Positions 25,906 through 35,996 are shown, counted from the stretch's first letter. The stretch: 64,000 nt of DNA from Nanobdellota archaeon (GCA_038046385.1 JBBSWH010000001.1:64001-128000); one strand, 5' to 3'. A program made the numbers and translations. The notes: a model not told the origin generated them from the letters alone.

Positions 25906-27003
25906 ATGGAAAAAAAAGTATTAGACAAGCTTTCTCCAGAACTCAGGAAACTTATCATTCTTAGTAATGATAAATCTACCGGAACTTTGAGCGACAACAT
26001 AAAAAAAGCAAGCTTCCCAGTTTCTGCATTTGCGCAAAGAACTTTGAATCACACTAACGGAGGTTCAACTTTGCAGGCAGCTTTGTGGCTGAAAAATCAT
26101 TTGAAAAACGGGGGCAAAATAGTAGTCACTTTAGCCGGTGCTTTAAGCTCATTTCAAATCGGCGTTATGCTTGCAGAACTTATTAGGCAAGACAAGGTTC
26201 ATCTGGTTTCGGCAACAGGAGCAAACCACGAAGAATCATACTACAGATATGTTGCCCATTCACATTATGCAAACATTCCAAATTACACTGAACTAACGCC
26301 AAATCAGGAAGCAGAATTAAGAGACGCTGGTTTAAGAAGAATCACAGACACATTTTTGCCAGAAGACGAAAGTGTAAGGATAATGGAGCCGCATTTGCTG
26401 AAGATGTGGAAAGATGCATCTAAAAAAGGAGAAAGGTACTTTCCGCATGAATATTTCAGAAGGCTGTTCAAGGAAAAACTGATAAAGCCGGATAAGCTGG
26501 CAAACCCAAATGACTGCTGGGCATACGCAGCGTTTGAAAAAAACATCCCGATCATTGTGCCTGGATTTGAAGATTCCACAATGGGCAATATTTTTTCAAG
26601 TTACACTTACAGCGGCAAAAACAAAAAGAAAGGGGATACTGTTGTAGACCAAAATGTCATGAAATCAGGATTGGAATATTTTCATTTGATGTATGACTGG
26701 TATATGCAGGAAAGCAAAAACTCCCCGATTGCATTTTTGCAGCTTGGCGGGGGAATTGCAGCAGATTTCCCGATATGTGTTGTTCCGTCATTAAAACATG
26801 ATTTAAGGCTTCCAAAAGTGCGTGACTGGGCTGGATTTATTGAAATTGGATCGTCTCCAATGTCATACGGCTCATATTCCGGAGCAGGCGGAAAAGAGAA
26901 GATTACCTGGGACAAATTGTCCACACAGAGCTATTATAACATAATCCAGAGCGATGTGACTGTCGCTTTTCCGTGGATAGCTGCAATACTTCTTGATTTG
27001 TAG
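25906..27003 (+). CDS. Deoxyhypusine synthase-like protein (bacterial-type clade)
   Basis: TLAGALS, ATGAN, GGGIAADFPICVVP, SYSGA..EKITWDKL. Confidence 0.85.
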   Translation: MEKKVLDKLSPELRKLIILSNDKSTGTLSDNIKKASFPVSAFAQRTLNHTNGGSTLQAALWLKNHLKNGGKIVVTLAGALSSFQIGVMLAELIRQDKVHLVSATGANHEESYYRYVAHSHYANIPNYTELTPNQEAELRDAGLRRITDTFLPEDESVRIMEPHLLKMWKDASKKGERYFPHEYFRRLFKEKLIKPDKLANPNDCWAYAAFEKNIPIIVPGFEDSTMGNIFSSYTYSGKNKKKGDTVVDQNVMKSGLEYFHLMYDWYMQESKNSPIAFLQLGGGIAADFPICVVPSLKHDLRLPKVRDWAGFIEIGSSPMSYGSYSGAGGKEKITWDKLSTQSYYNIIQSDVTVAFPWIAAILLDL

Positions 27004-27029
27004 AATTCTAATATTATTTTGAAAAAACG

Positions 27030-27194
27030 AGTTTTGCCGTCAATACGTGAGCATTTTCTATTAAAACATTCAACAAAAAGGAAATTGTCCTAAAAATCTG
27101 TGGATTTTTGGGAACCTAAAAATGCCTAGCATTTTTTTGTCAATGGGAATTTTTGTAATATACTAGAACATTTAATGCGAACGACGGCAAAACT
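27030..27194 (-). repeat. Hairpin/MITE-like element copy E4 with nested double hairpin (~27085-27143)
   Basis: TIR AGTTTTGCCGTC/GACGGCAAAACT; reverse complement aligns with E1. Confidence 0.8.
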
Positions 27195-27246
27195 AACCAC
27201 TTATTAAATCAATAAATTAATAAACCATTTTTGTTTCTGCACAGGT

Positions 27247-27603
27247 ATGCGCGGGTACAAGGTTCTAAACGGCAAGATAGTCATAGGATTAGAGGAAAAA
27301 GTCAGAGTACACCATTCTTTAGGAAACAAGACTGTGACTGCAAAGATAGACACGGGCGCTACAAAAAGCTCTATTGATACAAACCTTGCAGCTGAACTCA
27401 AGTTAGGCCCAGTTATAAAATCAAAACTCATTAAATCAGCGCACGGCTCAAAATTAAGGCCGATAATTGAAGCTACAATCGAGATGGCCGGCCAAAAGAT
27501 AAAGTCAGAGTTTACTTTAGCTGATCGTGCGCATATGAAATATCGCATTCTTATCGGACAGAATATCCTAAAGGAAGGATTTTTGATTGACCCCTCACAA
27601 TGA
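27247..27603 (+). CDS. RimK-associated retropepsin-like protease
   Basis: AKIDTGATKSSID, FTLADRAHMKYRILIGQN. Confidence 0.88.
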   Translation: MRGYKVLNGKIVIGLEEKVRVHHSLGNKTVTAKIDTGATKSSIDTNLAAELKLGPVIKSKLIKSAHGSKLRPIIEATIEMAGQKIKSEFTLADRAHMKYRILIGQNILKEGFLIDPSQ

Positions 27604-27722
27604 AAGCAATAATAAAAGTTGACATGATTTGTGCTCTCGAAGAGAGTACATTTTTGATGAAACTTTTTCGTAAAAAGTTTCCCGGTGTCAACGGACGGAA
27701 CCGCTGATGAAAGCAGCAGTAA
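27600..27722 (+). repeat. Structured insert with duplicated rimK start (ATGAAAGCA..) encoding a coupled 35-codon leader ORF
   Basis: GTTGACA/TGTCAAC stem enclosing two hairpins; ORF 27600-27707. Confidence 0.75.
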
Positions 27723-28780
27723 TGTCCTTGGGAAGCAAAAGCTCGATGTGGATAATCGAGGCAATGAAAAAATATTTTGATTCTGTTGCGAACATTGATT
27801 TAAGGGATGTTGAAGTCAATCTTGGCTCAGGAAAGTTAAAGGCGCTTTATGAAGGCAAGGAAATTCCGCAGTACAGCTGCATTTATGCAAGAGGCTCCTT
27901 TAGATATGCTCCGCTTTTAAGAGCCGTGACTAGAACGCTTTACAGAAATTCTTATATGCCGATAATGCCGGAAACATTCACAATAGGCCATGACAAAATG
28001 CTTACTCATCTTGCGCTGCAGCATTTTAACATTCCGATGCCTGCTACGTATCTTGCATCCTCGACTAGAGCTGCGAAAAAAATACTCAATGAGATGAATT
28101 ATCCTGTTGTTTTGAAATTCCCTCATGGAACTCAGGGAAAGGGAGTAATGTTTGCAGAGAGCTATGCTGCAGCATCATCAATGCTTGACGCTTTGTTTGT
28201 GCTAAAACAGCCCTTCTTGATACAGGAATATATTGAAACCGGCGGAGTTGATGTAAGAGCTCTTGTTGTGGGCAATGAAGTTGTTGCTTCCATGAAAAGA
28301 AAAGCAATAAGGGGGGAAATGAGGGCAAATATTCATGCAGGCGGAACCGGAGAATCTGTCAATCTTGACCAAAGAACAAAAAGAATTGCAATTGACACAG
28401 CAGCATCAATCGGAGCAGATATCTGCGCTGTGGATATCCTTGAAAGCGCTAAAGGGCCTTTGGTAATTGAAGCAAACCTATCACCCGGACTGCAGGGCGT
28501 GACGAAAGCAACAGGGATAGATGTTGCCGACAAAATCGCAAAGTTTTTGTTTGAGAAATCCGAGATATTCTCTGCGCGCGACAGGGATGAAGCCACAACT
28601 AAAATATTTGAAGACCTTGGGTTAAGCAACGAAATGGCGCAGCAGATAATTACCAACATGGATTTTAGGGGGAACAGAATTCTTTTGCCAAAGATTGTGA
28701 CTGACATTTCCAAATTCACAGAAAGCGATGAAGTTGTCTTGAAAGTCGAGAAAGGGAAGTTTGTAGTTGAGAAGATTTGA
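27707..28780 (+). CDS. rimK: RimK-family ATP-grasp ligase with C-terminal AbrB-like domain
   Basis: GTQGKGV, LIQEYI, DVRALVVG, RANIHAGG, EANLSPG. Confidence 0.88.
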   Translation: MKAAVMSLGSKSSMWIIEAMKKYFDSVANIDLRDVEVNLGSGKLKALYEGKEIPQYSCIYARGSFRYAPLLRAVTRTLYRNSYMPIMPETFTIGHDKMLTHLALQHFNIPMPATYLASSTRAAKKILNEMNYPVVLKFPHGTQGKGVMFAESYAAASSMLDALFVLKQPFLIQEYIETGGVDVRALVVGNEVVASMKRKAIRGEMRANIHAGGTGESVNLDQRTKRIAIDTAASIGADICAVDILESAKGPLVIEANLSPGLQGVTKATGIDVADKIAKFLFEKSEIFSARDRDEATTKIFEDLGLSNEMAQQIITNMDFRGNRILLPKIVTDISKFTESDEVVLKVEKGKFVVEKI

Positions 28781-28784
28781 GAAA

Positions 28785-29120
28785 TCACTTGCTAATTTTT
28801 AGATTATTTCTATATTCTACAACTTGAGTATATATCTGTGAGTAAACTAATGTCATTAAAACTACCATTCCAATAAAACAAACAAGTCCCCAATAAATTA
28901 AGTTTATACTATTATTTTTAATACCAAAAAATGAGAATAACATTGCAGATATACCTAATACTATTATAGCAAAAATAAAAAAAGCGAACTTATAGGATTG
29001 AGATGGAGAAACATCTCCACTTTCTATAGAGAATGGAAATAATGTAAATGATATACTAATAAATAATATTGTACCATTAAAAACAATCTCCCCTAGAGTT
29101 GCGTTTTTATTATCTACCAT
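28785..29120 (-). CDS. Hypothetical membrane protein
   Basis: 3 TM segments, AT-rich. Confidence 0.55.
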   Translation of the reverse strand: MVDNKNATLGEIVFNGTILFISISFTLFPFSIESGDVSPSQSYKFAFFIFAIIVLGISAMLFSFFGIKNNSINLIYWGLVCFIGMVVLMTLVYSQIYTQVVEYRNNLKISK

Positions 29121-29535
29121 CGAATCTCACATACTTTATTAGTTTAGTCTCTTTTGTAGGTTCTACAAGTTTACCATTATGGTACAATATAGTTTGAGCA
29201 ATGTATCTTCCTTCTAAATCAGACCCGGAAACAAAATCCGATTGTCCAGAATCTAAATTAAACAAATAACCGTATAGGACAACCTGCCTATTCTCATCTA
29301 AAATTGTGATATTAAGATTATAATCCCCTATATCATTTCTTTTTGAAAATAACTCTACATATGGTTTTTTGTCAGTTATAGTAAAAACGCTAGCAACTTT
29401 TGCTGAATCCCCTTCTCCAGATATCACTAAAGATAAAGTAGTACTATTTTTTACTGGAATGACTAACAGGGATGTTACAACTAACAAGAATATAGCTAAA
29501 AAAATAAATTGTGATTGACCTTTTTTATTTAGCAT
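29110..29535 (-). CDS. Pilin-like protein with class III signal peptide
   Basis: MLNKKG/QSQFIFLAIFLLVV. Confidence 0.6.
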   Translation of the reverse strand: MLNKKGQSQFIFLAIFLLVVTSLLVIPVKNSTTLSLVISGEGDSAKVASVFTITDKKPYVELFSKRNDIGDYNLNITILDENRQVVLYGYLFNLDSGQSDFVSGSDLEGRYIAQTILYHNGKLVEPTKETKLIKYVRFDGR

Positions 29536-29622
29536 CTCCGTCTCATAATCAAGATTATATTTAAACTTTCCTCTTCTTTTCAGTTACCTTTATAAATAAA
29601 TTCTTAGTTAATTTCTTCTGAA

Positions 29623-31143
29623 ATGGACGAAAAGACAACAAGGAAGAGCATGAAGTATTCTGTCTATGACGGAGCTTCGTTTGCGGTGATGGAAGGCGCG
29701 ACTTCTTCATTCATGACACCGTTTGCAGTTGCGTTGAACGCTTCTTTGAATTTAATAGCTGCAATGTCGTACATTCCGCAGCTGGCGGGCGCTTTTATGC
29801 AGCTGTTTGCTGCCAGAATAGTTGAAATTGTAAGAGACAGAAAGAAAATACTAGTTTACAGTTCTTTCATCCATGCATTATTGTGGATTCCAATGCTTCT
29901 GATACCATATGCAACTCCTAATCAGAAATATTTGATTATAGTTTACATGGCTTTGCAGACAGTTGTTTCCAATTTAATGAATCCTGTTGGAAACTCTTTC
30001 CTCGGAGATATTGTGCCAGTAAATGAACGGGGAAGATTTTTTGGGTTAAGGAACAAAGTAGTTGGATTGAGCACTTTCATTTCAGCAATAATTGCAGGAT
30101 TAATCCTGAATCATTTTTCCCCTAAAAACCCAATAATTGGATTTACAATATTGTTTTCAGTTGCATTTGTTGCAAGAGCATTATCAGGAGTTTTTAAGTT
30201 TGGAATGACAAGCCCAGAAACACAGTTTGCACATGAAGACAAATTTTCTCTTAAAGATTTTGTAAAAAGAATGAACAAGACCAATTACGGGCATTTTGTA
30301 ATCTATATGATGTTTTTCAAGTTTGCTGTAAACATAGCGTCTCCTTTTTTTGCAGTCTACATGCTGAAAGACCTTGGATTTACTTATATCCAATTTACAA
30401 TAGTCACTGCTGTTGAACTTATGGCCAGCTTTCTCACAATGGGAATGTGGGGAAAGATGATAGATGAAAAGGGAACAAAATCTGTGTTGTATATCACTGG
30501 AATTTTAACTCCAATAGTTCCTTTTTTTTGGCTGTTTTCTGGTAACTTCTATTATATCATATTGATAGAGCTGTTTTCTGGAGTTGCATGGGCTGGCTTT
30601 AATTTAAGCACGTCAAATTTTATATTTGATGCAGTAAGGCCGGAAAACAGGGTGCGATGCATTACATATTTCAAGTTCTTTGAAGGCATTGCCTTATTCG
30701 CCGGAGCTGCTTTAGGCGGATTTCTAATAAGCCACATCCCGCATTGGATATTTTTGTCAAGCATACCTTTTGTTTTCCTCATATCAGGAATTTTAAGGAT
30801 AATCCCTGCAGTTACCATGATGCCGACACTGCACGAAGCACGCCTGATTGAACTGGACATCGGAGATTCTTTTTTCAAAAGATTCGTCAGGGTAAAGCCA
30901 AGCGAAGGAATTGTGTTTGAGGTCATTGGAAGGTACAACAAGAATTATGTTCCTGAAAAGAAAAAAATGCAAACAAAACCTGTTGAAAAGAAACCGGAGA
31001 AAAAACCGGTTGATTACAATAAGAAACTTTTGAAGTTCATAGACAAGAGTATAACACCCAAAAGAGAAAAGCACGACCTTACAAATGTACATGACATAGA
31101 ACAGATTACAGAAGATATTGAGAAAGGGAAGCTGAAGAAATAA
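29623..31143 (+). CDS. MFS transporter
   Basis: ~12 TM; LGDIVP..ERGRFFGLRN; WGKMIDEKG. Confidence 0.9.
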   Translation: MDEKTTRKSMKYSVYDGASFAVMEGATSSFMTPFAVALNASLNLIAAMSYIPQLAGAFMQLFAARIVEIVRDRKKILVYSSFIHALLWIPMLLIPYATPNQKYLIIVYMALQTVVSNLMNPVGNSFLGDIVPVNERGRFFGLRNKVVGLSTFISAIIAGLILNHFSPKNPIIGFTILFSVAFVARALSGVFKFGMTSPETQFAHEDKFSLKDFVKRMNKTNYGHFVIYMMFFKFAVNIASPFFAVYMLKDLGFTYIQFTIVTAVELMASFLTMGMWGKMIDEKGTKSVLYITGILTPIVPFFWLFSGNFYYIILIELFSGVAWAGFNLSTSNFIFDAVRPENRVRCITYFKFFEGIALFAGAALGGFLISHIPHWIFLSSIPFVFLISGILRIIPAVTMMPTLHEARLIELDIGDSFFKRFVRVKPSEGIVFEVIGRYNKNYVPEKKKMQTKPVEKKPEKKPVDYNKKLLKFIDKSITPKREKHDLTNVHDIEQITEDIEKGKLKK

Positions 31144-31154
31144 CTTCTTCGCTT

Positions 31155-31273
31155 AAGGTTAGCATCGGCTCAGGTTATCTGTTTTCTTATAATAGTTGAC
31201 ATCCCCGTAAGGGACTTCCCCCTGTCAACTTATCTGAGTTAATGAAATACCTTCGCAAATTGATGCTAACCTT
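31155..31273 (+). repeat. Hairpin/MITE-like element copy E5
   Basis: TIR AAGGTTAGCATC/GATGCTAACCTT; AGTTGACA/TGTCAACT stem around CCCCGTAAGGGACTTCCCCC. Confidence 0.75.
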
Positions 31274-31317
31274 CATAAAATCTTTTCAGACCAAAAAGTA
31301 TTTATTGTCCCTTTCAA

Positions 31318-31665
31318 ATGGATACTGTTATGGGAGTATCACCATTATACACATGCACACGCTGCAAACGTGAATTTAATTTTGACCATATCAAGTACGA
31401 TGAAGAAAAGAAGCTGATATGCGTTGAGTGCCTTGAGAAGCAGCAGAAGATAATGAAGAAGAAAATTGCTTCTGAAAGGCCTGATGATAATGCGCCGGTC
31501 AATTATATATGTATGACATGTAGGTTTAAGTTCGTTGTTAAGAAAGGCTCTCCAAAAGCGCTGAAGTGCCCGTACTGCAGCAAGACAAAGCTGATGATTG
31601 TAAAGAAATACAAGGACGAGAACGATTTAATCAATGATGCGATGAACCCAAGGTTTGATTATTGA
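31318..31665 (+). CDS. Multi-CxxC zinc-finger protein
   Basis: CTRC..CVEC..CMTC..CPYC. Confidence 0.75.
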   Translation: MDTVMGVSPLYTCTRCKREFNFDHIKYDEEKKLICVECLEKQQKIMKKKIASERPDDNAPVNYICMTCRFKFVVKKGSPKALKCPYCSKTKLMIVKKYKDENDLINDAMNPRFDY

Positions 31666-31673
31666 AAGATTAA

Positions 31674-32117
31674 TCACTTCCAAGTTCCTTTTCCGTCTTC
31701 ATTAATAACTTTCTTAAGTCTGCTAAACCCACGATGTATCATATCCACAAGGGTTTCTGAAGAGGCACCAATCGGCTTTGTCTTAATTGAAGCGAAGAAA
31801 TTACCAGTTGCTTTTGGGTCAATTGGAATTCCTGAATCAGCTCTTACTATTGTTCCGTTGACAGTTATCCCTTCACCTGGTTGTACTCTGGCAAGTCCTC
31901 CTTGAGGGTATATGTTATAGCGATGTACTAAAACCCCTTCCTCTTTAATTGTGTCTATATATTGCGGGCAGTCTGGATAATTTTCCATTATTACATCTAA
32001 AACCCTTTTGCCGGAACCAGAATATCTTCTAACCAGAGTCAACTGCGCATCATCGAGCCATAATCCTGGCGGAAGTGTTACATCTCCTATTTGAGTTGGA
32101 TATCCTGGCGGACTCAT
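31674..32117 (-). CDS. Hypothetical protein
   Basis: 147-aa ORF. Confidence 0.55.
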   Translation of the reverse strand: MSPPGYPTQIGDVTLPPGLWLDDAQLTLVRRYSGSGKRVLDVIMENYPDCPQYIDTIKEEGVLVHRYNIYPQGGLARVQPGEGITVNGTIVRADSGIPIDPKATGNFFASIKTKPIGASSETLVDMIHRGFSRLKKVINEDGKGTWK

Positions 32118-32432
32118 AGTGGCTAGTATACTTAGGCTTTATTTAAATCTTTCTATTTTTTATCACTCTCTAATGGTACTAAATAGATTACTGATAAACA
32201 ACTTTGCCCCATTTTAATTTTTCTATATTAAAAATTGAAAAATTTTTAATCCCGAAAATTTAGAAATTAAATTTTCGATATGGAAAATAATTAACTTTTT
32301 ACTTATATGTGCTTCCTATACCAGTATACAAATTAGTAACATTTATATACTAGTTACTATAAAGCATTAGTTGGTTTTTGATATTTTGAATATAAAAATA
32401 GCTAAAAAAATCTAAGTTTGAGGTGAATTAGA

Positions 32433-33512
32433 ATGGGAATGGATTTTGTAATCGAGAGCGCACTTAAGCAGGGAGTGCAACAGCATGAGGACTTGCAGAT
32501 AGGTCATGCTAACATCAAAGTTATTGGCTGCGGTGGCGGCGGAAGCAACATGGTCAGCTGGCTTTATAAAAAAGGAGTCAGAGGAGCAGAAATTATTGCT
32601 TGCAACACAGACAAGCAGCACCTCGAAATCACAGAAGCTGACAAAAGATTCCTAATCGGAAGAGAGCTTACAAGAGGGCTTGGATGCGGCGGATTCCCAG
32701 ACAAGGGAGCCAAGGCAGCACAGGAGACAATCTCAGAGATTAAAGAAGTTTTAAAAGGATCTGATATGGTTTTCGTATGTGCAGGAATGGGCGGAGGAAC
32801 AGGAACAGGATCAGCTCCAGTTGTTGCGCAGGTTGCAAAGGATGCAGGAGCAATTGTAATCGGAACAGTCACAATGCCATTCAAGATTGAAAGGGCAAGA
32901 ATCGACAAAGCCGAATTCGGACTTCAGCAGCTAAGGCAGAACAGCGACACTGTTATCGTAATTGATAACAACAGGCTGGTAAACATTGCTGGAAACTTGC
33001 CAGTTCAACAGGCATTTGCTGTAGCAAACGAGTTAATCTCAACAATGATCAGGGGAATTGTAGAAACAATCGCAGTCCCATCACTGGTTAACTTGGATTA
33101 TGCTGACGTTAAAGCAATAATGCAGGACGGCGGAGTCGCAGCAATCGGTGTTGGTGTCTCAGACACAACAAACAGAGTAGAGGAAGCTGTCAAAGGAGCT
33201 TTATCAAACCCACTATTGGAGATAAGCTACAAGGGAGCAACCGGTGCTTTGATTCACATCGAAGGCGGACCAGACATGACACTTGATGAAGTCAACAGAG
33301 TTGGAGAGCTTGTAACAGAATCGCTTGACACAGATGCAAACGTTATCTGGGGAGCAAGGGTTTCGGAAGCAATGAAAGGCAAGGTGGCTGTCATGACAAT
33401 TATCACCGGCGTTAACTCACCGTGGATACTTGGAAAGTCAGACAAGAAAACAAGAAACGTTGAAGCCAGAAAGATTTCAGACGAGCTTGGAATTGACTAC
33501 TTCACAGATTAA
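32433..33512 (+). CDS. ftsZ: Cell division protein FtsZ
   Basis: [26 protein letters not shown]. Confidence 0.98.
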   Translation: MGMDFVIESALKQGVQQHEDLQIGHANIKVIGCGGGGSNMVSWLYKKGVRGAEIIACNTDKQHLEITEADKRFLIGRELTRGLGCGGFPDKGAKAAQETISEIKEVLKGSDMVFVCAGMGGGTGTGSAPVVAQVAKDAGAIVIGTVTMPFKIERARIDKAEFGLQQLRQNSDTVIVIDNNRLVNIAGNLPVQQAFAVANELISTMIRGIVETIAVPSLVNLDYADVKAIMQDGGVAAIGVGVSDTTNRVEEAVKGALSNPLLEISYKGATGALIHIEGGPDMTLDEVNRVGELVTESLDTDANVIWGARVSEAMKGKVAVMTIITGVNSPWILGKSDKKTRNVEARKISDELGIDYFTD

Positions 33513-33572
33513 ATCTGTGAATTTTTATTTTATTTTTTAATTTTAATTATTATTTAATGGAAGGTGATAACT

Positions 33573-34325
33573 ATGTCAGTAGATGAAAATCAGATTGTAA
33601 AGAAAATGGTTGCAGATATTGCGGACAAGAACGAAAAGTTCATGTCAAAATCAAATGATCTTGAAAATTTTAAAAGAATCGTGCCGGTTCTTCTTGAGAA
33701 GGGAATAGACAATGTTAACCTTTCAATGTTTGATGATGTTACACGCTCAAAACTATTAAATGCGCTTGGAGAAGAGTACATCAGAAGAGGAAACATGAAT
33801 GACTCTGTCAAGGCTTTTATTCTTGCAGGAAATCGTGCAAGGCTTGTTGAAGTTGGAGAGCATTATGAAGAAGTTGGTTTGTTCGGGAATGCAATCGACA
33901 CATACAGGCTTGCTGATGACATCGGAAAACTGCTTATAATCGGAAAGAAATGCCTTGAAAACGGCCACTTTGCAGATGCAATCAAAGCATTCAGGCTTTG
34001 CAACGATGTTGAAAACCTGACGAAGGTTGGCGACGAGTGCTTCCAGAAGGGAAAATGGGATTATGCAATTGAAATATTCAACGCAATCAACAGCACCGCT
34101 AAATTAATCGATATAGGGGACAAATGCCTAAAAGAAAGGCAGATTGGATATGCTTCAAAGGCATACGAGCTTTCGCACGACAAGGACAAATTGAGTGCGC
34201 TTGGAGATGTCTGCCTAAGGGAAGGGCTATTGGCAACTGCGCTGAAATCATATCAGATTGCAGGCAATGAGATGATGGTCACCTTCATAAGGGAGAACTT
34301 CGGCAACAAGCTGTCGAATTTTTAA
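33573..34325 (+). CDS. Alpha-solenoid (TPR/clathrin-repeat-like) protein
   Basis: ~29-aa repeats L..VGD.C...G....A...Y. Confidence 0.75.
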   Translation: MSVDENQIVKKMVADIADKNEKFMSKSNDLENFKRIVPVLLEKGIDNVNLSMFDDVTRSKLLNALGEEYIRRGNMNDSVKAFILAGNRARLVEVGEHYEEVGLFGNAIDTYRLADDIGKLLIIGKKCLENGHFADAIKAFRLCNDVENLTKVGDECFQKGKWDYAIEIFNAINSTAKLIDIGDKCLKERQIGYASKAYELSHDKDKLSALGDVCLREGLLATALKSYQIAGNEMMVTFIRENFGNKLSNF

Positions 34326-34386
34326 TATTTTTTTAAATTTTATTCATTCAACGATAGAGTAAGGAATATACGAAGAGGTCATAAAC

Positions 34387-34800
34387 ATGGAAACCGATGC
34401 ATTCAGCCAGAAAAGAATGGAATTAATGATTGACATGGCTACCAAGAAGCTCCAGCAGGAGATTAATTCTTTGAAAGAGCACATTGGGTCGTTGAACAGC
34501 GAAATGGGCTCATTGAAAAGTCAGGTTTCAAGAATTCAGTTCCAGCCTCAAAAAGCACAAGTTCAAAGGCAGGAAGTTTCACAGGAAGCGCCATCACAGG
34601 AAGATTATGAACAGCAACAGCCAAGCCAGGAAAAAAGAGAAACAAAAATTGTAGACTGCAGGCCCCATGGTGAAAGAACAGAATCTTTCCAGGGCGGATC
34701 TGCAAAAAATTCAGCAGAGCCGATAAGGCCGAGGTTCGGAGACTATCAATCCAAGGATGTCAGCATAGAGAAATTCTTTTACTTTGGGAATAAGAGATAA
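34387..34800 (+). CDS. Coiled-coil hypothetical protein
   Basis: N-terminal heptads, Q-rich linker, C-terminal DVSIEKFFYFGNK. Confidence 0.75.
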   Translation: METDAFSQKRMELMIDMATKKLQQEINSLKEHIGSLNSEMGSLKSQVSRIQFQPQKAQVQRQEVSQEAPSQEDYEQQQPSQEKRETKIVDCRPHGERTESFQGGSAKNSAEPIRPRFGDYQSKDVSIEKFFYFGNKR

Positions 34801-34857
34801 AATTTTTATTTTTTAGTGTTTTTATTTAGATTAAATCTCTATTTACTATTCTCATTT

Positions 34858-35139
34858 TTAATCCACCATAAACAATTTATTGTCAGTCACGTCAAAATAG
34901 CCCAGTCTTGCGCCTGCATCGAGAAAAGCATGAGCGTAGCATACTGCTCCGTAAGCATTCACAATGTCACCTTTCTTCTCAAAATGCTTCGCATCATCAT
35001 AATAGCATTTAGATAAATTAAGAAGGTCTTCTGCAGCTTTCTTTTCTGCTGCGTTTAATGTGCCTTTTATCTTGGCTTTTTCCATTGCCTCTGCTGTCAG
35101 CTTAAAGTACTTTGAAAGCTTAGATTTCAATTCTTCCAT
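34858..35139 (-). CDS. DUF357 family protein
   Basis: YYDDAKHF..GD.VNA...YAHAFLDAGARLG. Confidence 0.88.
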   Translation of the reverse strand: MEELKSKLSKYFKLTAEAMEKAKIKGTLNAAEKKAAEDLLNLSKCYYDDAKHFEKKGDIVNAYGAVCYAHAFLDAGARLGYFDVTDNKLFMVD

Positions 35140-35217
35140 AGCCTATGGGTAAGCCTATCTCATTTAAAAAGATAATGAAAAAAAAGAATAATAAATTAAA
35201 AAAATAAAAGAAAAAGC

Positions 35218-35994
35218 TTACTTTAGATAAGCCCTTAATTCCTTTGCCTTCTCAATTCCAATGTCAAGCATCTTGCTGATTTCATCCTGTGTAAGAGGCT
35301 GATCTCCGCCTTTCTGCAGTGCGCAAAGCGTTCCGTCTTCCATGGAAGAAACAGTCAGTCTTGCGTCAATGACCTTCTCTTCTTCAGTGTCTGGATCAAC
35401 AATGAAATTGTTGCCTATCTTGATAACGGTTACTGCAATCGGTACCTTTTCAAGCTGCATCTGCTTGTCGGTCTTTTTCTTGTAATCTACCTTTTCCCCA
35501 TTGTAAGCAGGGAACTTTGTATTTTTCAAGGCCGCAATTGCTCCTAAGGACGCAGCATCAAATAAATTACCTGCATCGTTTATTGGGCAGATATCTATAA
35601 TGACCATCCATATACTTTTGCCTTTTTCTATGCACAGCTTCTTGAAATCAAGGGCTTTACTCTCTCTGATTCCACGGTCAACAACTCTTGCGAGTTCTAT
35701 TGCTTTTATTCCAGGGGGACCAAGCTCATAGTCTGGGCTCGACATAGGCAGCAATTCTGCTCCTACTATAATAGTGCCTTCATCTGGCGAGTCAGGGTAT
35801 GGCTCTCCAATCTCTAATTTGACACCGACCATAATCTCTGTTTCTCCAATTTTGACTCTTGCAGAGCCTTCGGCTGTCTTTATGACTCCGTACTCTACTG
35901 AAATAGGGCCTCTGTATTCTGTTGGCTTTCTTCCGTCAAGCCTTGTCTGATTATTCAGCAAGGTTACAATGTGGGTTCTTAATTCTTTGAACAT
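35218..35994 (-). CDS. rrp42: Exosome complex component Rrp42
   Basis: RLDGR, AEGSARVKIG, ELARVVDRGIRES. Confidence 0.95.
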   Translation of the reverse strand: MFKELRTHIVTLLNNQTRLDGRKPTEYRGPISVEYGVIKTAEGSARVKIGETEIMVGVKLEIGEPYPDSPDEGTIIVGAELLPMSSPDYELGPPGIKAIELARVVDRGIRESKALDFKKLCIEKGKSIWMVIIDICPINDAGNLFDAASLGAIAALKNTKFPAYNGEKVDYKKKTDKQMQLEKVPIAVTVIKIGNNFIVDPDTEEEKVIDARLTVSSMEDGTLCALQKGGDQPLTQDEISKMLDIGIEKAKELRAYLK

Positions 35995-35996
35995 TT

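Noticed and set aside
11090-31273. Hairpin elements as integron attC, dif sites or a CRISPR array
   Set aside because: End motifs are not in RYYYAAC..GTTRRRY order, there is no XerD arm and no integrase, and copies are dispersed rather than regularly spaced
32433-33512. Genome-wide reassignment of ATC/ATT to Ser
   Set aside because: These codons occupy conserved Ile positions, e.g. FtsZ IKVIG
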